A stretch of 64,000 nt of DNA from assembly GCA_963749655.1 (NCBI GenBank), contig CAVVOB010000024.1:96001-160000 (forward strand), given 5' to 3'. Below are positions 58,882-64,000 of the stretch, piece by piece. Numbering within the stretch: position 1 is the first letter of the stretch; each line of letters starts with the position of its first letter. The notes beneath the pieces are model-generated. The model searched no databases, was not told where the DNA came from, and was given only the letters and a program-made list of their open reading frames with translations. Source of the DNA: Nitrospirota bacterium (GTDB lineage: Bacteria > Nitrospirota > UBA9217). A program made the position numbers and the translations under genes.

Positions 58882-60120
58882 GTGGTGAACAGAAAACAAA
58901 TTGCAAGCTGGTGTCTGTTCGATTTTGCCAACTCAAGCTACTCTGCCGTGATCGCCGCCGTCATCTTCCCGGTCTATTACACCTCAATCATCGTCGGTAA
59001 CCGTTCCGGGGAAGGAGATCTCTGGTGGGGACGGGCCATATCCTCGAGCATGCTTTTTATCGCCCTCTCTTCCCCCTTTCTCGGAGGAATTGCGGATTAT
59101 GCAGGCTCTCGGAAAAAACTCCTGGCATTATACACCGCAGTGTGCGTCTCCGCCGTAGCGGGGCTTTCCATCCTTGTACCCGGTGCCGTTGTTCCGGGTT
59201 TTATCCTGATCGTCCTGGCAAACATCGGCATGGAAGGCGGGTTGGTATTCTACAATTCGTTCCTGCCCACGATCGCTCCCCCGGAATACCAGGGACGCGT
59301 ATCGAGTTGGGGCTTTTCCATCGGCTATGCAGGTTCGATCGCGTCCCTTCTCATGGCGCTTCCGCTCGTAAAGAATACACACTATGGCCCGGCCTGGATC
59401 GCCACGGCGGCATTCTTCGCGATCTTTTCCCTGCCTGCATTCCTGTTCCTGCCGGAAGACAGGCGCGAAGGAACTTCTCTGAAAGAAGCGGGATCGAAGG
59501 GTGTCCGACAGGCGTTGAGGACGCTGAAAGAGCTCTGGCAAAGGCCGGAACCGAGAAAATTCCTGATCGCCTATCTTTTTTATGAGGACGGCGTTAATAC
59601 GGTCATCGTTTTTTCAAGCATCTATGCGGCAACAACCCTTCACTTCGCCGCCACCGAGCTTGTAGGCCTCTATATAACCGTCCAGGTGACTGCACTACTC
59701 GGCGCCTTCGCCCTTGCCAGGCCCACGGACACCTGGGGCCCCAAGAAGATCGTCGTGCTTTCCCTTTTTCTCTGGACAGTCGTTGCGGTCTCAGCCTTTT
59801 TCGTGGAGACTGGGATGCAGTTCTGGGCGGTGGCCTGCACGGCCGGGCTCGGCCTGGGCACCGTGCAGGCCGGGACCCGCGCCTTCTATGCGCAATTCAT
59901 CCCGCCGGGGAGGGAAGCGGAATATTTCGGCGTCTATTCCCTTGTGGGGAAATCATCAGCGATCATGGGGCCTTTGGTGTTCGGCTTCGTGTCTTCCTCT
60001 TTCGGCAGCCAGCGGCCGGCAATTCTTTCAATAGCGCTGTTCTTCATTGTCGGCCTGATTCTTCTGAACGAAGTGAAAGGCGGCGGACCGAACGTACAGT
60101 CAGGACCGCAGAAATCATAG
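58882..60120 (+). CDS. MFS transporter (UMF1/Atg22-like)
   Basis: SWCLFDFANS, FYNSFLP, GRVSSWG and EYFGVY; ~12 TMs. Confidence 0.88.
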   Translation: MVNRKQIASWCLFDFANSSYSAVIAAVIFPVYYTSIIVGNRSGEGDLWWGRAISSSMLFIALSSPFLGGIADYAGSRKKLLALYTAVCVSAVAGLSILVPGAVVPGFILIVLANIGMEGGLVFYNSFLPTIAPPEYQGRVSSWGFSIGYAGSIASLLMALPLVKNTHYGPAWIATAAFFAIFSLPAFLFLPEDRREGTSLKEAGSKGVRQALRTLKELWQRPEPRKFLIAYLFYEDGVNTVIVFSSIYAATTLHFAATELVGLYITVQVTALLGAFALARPTDTWGPKKIVVLSLFLWTVVAVSAFFVETGMQFWAVACTAGLGLGTVQAGTRAFYAQFIPPGREAEYFGVYSLVGKSSAIMGPLVFGFVSSSFGSQRPAILSIALFFIVGLILLNEVKGGGPNVQSGPQKS

Positions 60121-60457
60121 GGCAGGATTGAATAATGATCGATAACGCTTCTGGAATCCCGATTCTTACGGCAGCAGTTTCCGGCCGACTCGAACGAACT
60201 GCCGGCTTCATTAGGGAAATGCATCGACCCGAGTTTGTAACAGCATTTCATGGTTTTCGATTCGATTCCCTTCCTTCGGACGGGCTCTCTGCACCGCCGA
60301 AGAAAGCCGGGATACTCCTGTTCGGTCACTCCTTACAAAAACACTCCCCTTCTTCCCGGAGGGTAAGGTTCCGGTAATGTGTCATAGAGTCAACAATACT
60401 TTTCAAAATTCGCATAGGTGCCATTTCCGTCCTGTCAATTGTTCCCGGTATTTTTTC

Positions 60458-60486
60458 TTGACAAATCGGGAGCTTCTCTATATAAT
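60458..60486 (+). promoter_or_regulatory. Consensus sigma-70 promoter for yceD-rpmF-plsX-fabH
   Basis: TTGACA-N17-TATAAT exact match. Confidence 0.85.
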
Positions 60487-60516
60487 TCGTCACTTGCAGC
60501 CCCTGGAGTAAAAGCA

Positions 60517-61035
60517 ATGGGCATCAAAATCAAAGACATACCGCCTGAGGGGCTGTCACTGAAATTGGAGCAGCAGCTCGATCTTTTCGATCAGGGCAGC
60601 GCGTCGACCACGTTCACCGCGGTCCTGAATATCGCCCCGGGCGGAAACGGCGTCATCCATATCTCGGGGCGCGTCAAGGCGGTTCCTGTCCTGGAATGCA
60701 GCCGCTGCCTCGAACGCTTCGGTTTCAGCATAGACTCGGAAGTGAATATCGATCTTGCTCCGGTGAGTTCGCTCAGCGGCGGTGCAGAGCATGAGCTCGG
60801 CGGCGCGGAACTCGACATGGAGTTTTACGACGGTGAGGAAGTCGAGCCTGTTGACATTATAAAAGAGCAGATGCTCATTTCCCTGCCCATGGTCCCGCTT
60901 CACAGTCCCGGCTGCAAGGGTCTTTGCACCGTCTGCGGGGCGGACCTGAATAAAACAGATTGCGGTCATCAGCGGAATGCACCGGGAGACTTCGGTGCAT
61001 TTTCAGCGTTGAAGGATTTCCTGAAAAAACAATAA
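60517..61035 (+). CDS. yceD: DUF177/YceD family protein
   Basis: CSRCL, LPMVPL..P.CKGLC..CG..LN and ALKD; upstream of rpmF. Confidence 0.9.
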   Translation: MGIKIKDIPPEGLSLKLEQQLDLFDQGSASTTFTAVLNIAPGGNGVIHISGRVKAVPVLECSRCLERFGFSIDSEVNIDLAPVSSLSGGAEHELGGAELDMEFYDGEEVEPVDIIKEQMLISLPMVPLHSPGCKGLCTVCGADLNKTDCGHQRNAPGDFGAFSALKDFLKKQ

Positions 61036-61053
61036 AAGGAGCTTATTACCACC

Positions 61054-61239
61054 ATGGCAAACCCAAAACACAGACATTCCAAGTCCCGCAGGGACAAGCG
61101 ACGCACGGAAAAACAAAAACTCATGGCCCCGAACCTTGCCGTATGCCCGCAATGTCAGGAGGTCAAGAAGCCCCATCATGCCTGCCTGTCATGCGGAACC
61201 TATAACGGCCGCGAGGTCGTGACTGTTCAGCAGATCTAA
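61054..61239 (+). CDS. rpmF: 50S ribosomal protein L32 (Zn-binding form)
   Basis: MANPKHRHSKSRRDKRR, CPQC and HHACLSCGTY. Confidence 0.96.
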   Translation: MANPKHRHSKSRRDKRRTEKQKLMAPNLAVCPQCQEVKKPHHACLSCGTYNGREVVTVQQI

Positions 61240-61252
61240 TCAAGGCTTGCTC

Positions 61253-61304
61253 AAAGGCAAAGGGATGATACTGGACGGAGTACCGGTATGTCCCTTTGCC
61301 TTTT
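61253..61304 (+). terminator. Hairpin/terminator between rpmF and plsX
   Basis: AAAGGCAAAGGGA...TCCCTTTGCCTTT stem with an inner ATACTGG/CCGGTAT stem, ending in a T-run. Confidence 0.6.
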
Positions 61305-61322
61305 ATATTGTAGGGAGTCGTC

Positions 61323-62336
61323 ATGAAGATTGCCGTTGATGCGATGGGGGGGGACAACGCGCCGCAAGCCATCGTCGCCGGAGCGGTGCAGGCGGCGAAG
61401 GAATTCGGCGTCGGCATCATCCTGGTGGGCATCGAGCAGGTTGTTCTCGAAGAACTGGCCAGACACCAGCAGGCAAAAACGCTTCCGATCGAAGTCAGGA
61501 ACGCCACGGAAGTGGTGGATATGCTCGACTCCCCTGCCACGGTCTTCCGCCGGAAAAAGAACTCCTCCATCCGGGTGGCCAATGATCTCGTTAAAAGCGG
61601 CGAGGCGGTTGCCGTCATCAGCGCGGGGCATACCGGGGCTGCAATGGCCACCTCCCTGTTCGTGCTCGGTCCGGTGGAAGGAGTGGAGCGCCCTGCGATT
61701 GCGACGTTCATGCCTTCGCTTCGGGGTACGTCCCTCATCCTGGATATGGGTGCAAACGTGGACTGCAAGCCGAACCATCTGCTGCAGTTCGCTATCATGG
61801 GTGATGTCTACGCCAAATATCTGCTGAAGATCGCGAATCCCCGCGTGGGCCTGCTGTCCATCGGAGAGGAAGAGACGAAGGGAAATGAGCTGACGAAGGA
61901 AGCTTTCAAGCTCCTGACGGAGACCTCTCTCAACTTCATCGGAAATGTCGAGGGACGGGACGTCATGTCGGGCAAAGCGGACGTTATCGTCTGCGATGGT
62001 TTCATCGGCAATGTCGTGTTGAAGGTCTCGGAAGCCGTCGCTGAAACCGTGGGGCTCTTCCTGAAGGAGGACATCGAGAAAAGCCTCATCAGGAAACTCG
62101 GCTATCTGCTCGTGCGGCCGGCCTTCCGTAATCTGAAGCGCCGCGTCGACTACGCGGAATACGGCGGCGCGCCGCTTGTCGGCATCAACGGCATCAGCAT
62201 CATCAGCCACGGACGGTCCTCGGACCGGGCCATCAAGAATGCCGTACGGGTAGCCGCCGATCTCGCAAAGAGCGAGGTCAACAAACACATACACGAGGAC
62301 ATTCAAAAGAATATGGAGCTTGCCAAAACCAAATGA
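61323..62336 (+). CDS. plsX: Phosphate acyltransferase PlsX
   Basis: IAVDAMGGD, SAGHTGA, LDMGAN, CDGFIGN and SHGRS. Confidence 0.96.
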   Translation: MKIAVDAMGGDNAPQAIVAGAVQAAKEFGVGIILVGIEQVVLEELARHQQAKTLPIEVRNATEVVDMLDSPATVFRRKKNSSIRVANDLVKSGEAVAVISAGHTGAAMATSLFVLGPVEGVERPAIATFMPSLRGTSLILDMGANVDCKPNHLLQFAIMGDVYAKYLLKIANPRVGLLSIGEEETKGNELTKEAFKLLTETSLNFIGNVEGRDVMSGKADVIVCDGFIGNVVLKVSEAVAETVGLFLKEDIEKSLIRKLGYLLVRPAFRNLKRRVDYAEYGGAPLVGINGISIISHGRSSDRAIKNAVRVAADLAKSEVNKHIHEDIQKNMELAKTK

Positions 62337-63313
62337 TCCATGCGCGAATTACAGGAACAGGTTCCTATGTACCGAAAAAGATCATCACGAATCAGGACCT
62401 GGAAAAACTCGTTGACACGAGCGATCAATGGATCATCGAGCGGACCGGCATCAAGGAACGCAGGATAGCGGAAAAAGGGCAGACCACCTCGGACCTGGCC
62501 TTCGAGGCAAGCAAAAAGGCCCTCAAGGCAGCCGGTCTCGGACCGGAGGAACTGGACCTCATCCTGGTCGCGACGATGACTCCGGACATGATTCTGCCGA
62601 GCGTAAGCTGCGTGCTCCAGGAAAAACTAGGAGCCCGAAAGGCGGCTTCCTTCGATCTCTATGCCGCCTGTTCCGGCTTTATCTACGGAATGTCCGTAGC
62701 GAACGCTTTCATCAAGGCCGACCTGTATAAAAACATCCTGCTGGTCGGCGCCGAAGTCCTGTCCCGGTTCACGGACTGGGAAGACCGGACCACCTGCATA
62801 CTCTTCGGGGACGGAGCGGGCGCTGCAGTGATCCAGCGCCAGTCCGGCAAACGGGGCATTCTTTCGACGCACCTGCATTCCGACGGATCGCTCGGCGATC
62901 TGATCCACGTTCCCGCCGGCGGAGCCCAGCACCCGGCATCGCACGACACCATCCGCAAACGGATGCACTTCATCAAGATGAAGGGCAATGAGACCTTCAA
63001 GGCGGCTGTGCGGGCTCTTGAGGACGTGGTTGAGGAAGCGTTGGAGCACAACAAGGTAAAACCGGAGGAGATCGATTTCATGGTCCCGCACCAGGCCAAT
63101 CTGCGGATCATCCAGGCCATGGCGCAGCGCCTGAACATGCCCATGGAAAAGGTCGTGCTCACGCTGCCCAAGTACGGCAATACCTCTGCGGCCTCGATCC
63201 CCATGGCCCTGGATGAAGCGGTCCGGGACGGCAGGATCAAGGACAATCACCTCCTCCTGTTCGAGGCCTTCGGCGGCGGCCTGACCTGGGCATCGGCGCT
63301 GGTAAGATGGTGA
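62333..63313 (+). CDS. fabH: Beta-ketoacyl-ACP synthase III
   Basis: AACSGF (catalytic Cys), LFGDGAGA, PHQAN and GNTSAAS. Confidence 0.96.
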   Translation: MIHARITGTGSYVPKKIITNQDLEKLVDTSDQWIIERTGIKERRIAEKGQTTSDLAFEASKKALKAAGLGPEELDLILVATMTPDMILPSVSCVLQEKLGARKAASFDLYAACSGFIYGMSVANAFIKADLYKNILLVGAEVLSRFTDWEDRTTCILFGDGAGAAVIQRQSGKRGILSTHLHSDGSLGDLIHVPAGGAQHPASHDTIRKRMHFIKMKGNETFKAAVRALEDVVEEALEHNKVKPEEIDFMVPHQANLRIIQAMAQRLNMPMEKVVLTLPKYGNTSAASIPMALDEAVRDGRIKDNHLLLFEAFGGGLTWASALVRW

Positions 63314-63334
63314 AACAGGACAAACACCACGTGG

Positions 63335-63439
63335 CAAGCATCAAATTTCAAACAAACTCCAGATACGAAATGTAAAACGTTTCAGAGAGTGAAATTCCGT
63401 ATTTAGAATTTATTTGTGATTTGTTATTTGGAATTTGAA
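63335..63439 (+). repeat. AT-rich quasi-palindromic intergenic element, copy 2
   Basis: Starts CAAGCATCAAAT and ends TTGGAATTTGAA, like 53164-53297. Confidence 0.7.
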
Positions 63440-63462
63440 ATTTTCTGTAATCGGAGGATGTC

Positions 63463-64000
63463 ATGGACTATTTGCTGACAGAGGATCAGATCATGATACG
63501 CGATCTCGCACGGCAGATCGCGGTCGAGAAGATCGTGCCGGTGCGCGCAGAACTGGACGAACAGAACAAGTTTCCGACGGACATCATGAAGGCCATGGCC
63601 CAGGCGGACCTCTTCGGCATCTACATTCCCGAAGAATACGGCGGCCTCGGCAAAAAGAGCCTCGATCTTTATATCGCCATCGAAGAAATATCGAAGGCCT
63701 GCGTCGGAGTTTCCACCAGCTACGCAGCCAATGCCCTCGGCACCTACCCCATCCTGCTCCACGGTTCCGATGCCCAGAAAAAGAAGTATCTGCCCGACAT
63801 CGCGTCGGGAAAAAACCTCGCGGCATTCGGACTGACCGAAGCGAACGCCGGCAGCGACGCCAGCGGCGTACAGACCACGGCCAAGCTCGACGGAAACGAG
63901 TATGTTGCTGAACGGCACGAAGCAATGGATCACGAACGGCGGCGAGGCGGAGATATACACCGTCATCGCCATCACGGACAAGTCAAAGGGCGCCCGCGGC
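63463..64000 (+). CDS. Acyl-CoA dehydrogenase, 5' part (runs off the window); +1 frameshift near 63906
   Basis: Not in the ORF track. RBS GGAGG, MDYLLTEDQ...IPEEYGG...QKKKYLP...FGLTEANAGSD, then LNGTKQWITNG in the shifted frame. Confidence 0.88.
   Translation, partial: MDYLLTEDQIMIRDLARQIAVEKIVPVRAELDEQNKFPTDIMKAMAQADLFGIYIPEEYGGLGKKSLDLYIAIEEISKACVGVSTSYAANALGTYPILLHGSDAQKKKYLPDIASGKNLAAFGLTEANAGSDASGVQTTAKLDGNEYVAERHEAMDHERRRGGDIHRHRHHGQVKGRPR

Noticed and set aside
1-64000. CRISPR arrays, tRNA/rRNA genes, IS elements or integrases
   Set aside because: No regularly spaced repeats, RNA gene signatures or transposase/recombinase motifs were seen by eye.

Overview
A moderately GC-rich bacterial chromosome segment, mostly on the minus strand. 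Gene order suggests a Nitrospirota or Desulfobacterota-like diderm (inference, not verified). Housekeeping blocks: thiL-lon-galU, mlaEFD-alr, the lptCAB-rpoN-hpf-ptsN-hprK-rapZ-PTS(IIA/B/C/D)-ptsH-ptsI superoperon, cbiMQO, aspC, yebC-ruvCAB, degP, bioA and yceD-rpmF-plsX-fabH. The main accessory feature is an AT-richer locus at about 34.0-40.2 kb. It encodes an OmcE-like tetraheme cytochrome (hidden by a +1 frameshift), an NHL beta-propeller lipoprotein, a PpiC/SurA-type foldase and a 629-aa outer-membrane beta-barrel, and looks like a minimal cytochrome-nanowire secretion/assembly system. The cytochrome and barrel genes each have a sigma-54 promoter, an IHF-like site and a shared TGAGC-N6-GCTCA palindrome. 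Beside it, the ruv operon is interleaved with TMTC-like GT-C/TPR glycosyltransferases, a GtrB-like GT2 and two SAM methyltransferases, a candidate protein-glycosylation system. One TMTC-like enzyme appears split into a membrane part (1.5-2.7 kb) and a TM-TPR part (40.5-41.3 kb). Seven genes carry single-base indels, most likely sequencing errors. No rRNA, tRNA, CRISPR array or transposase was recognised.
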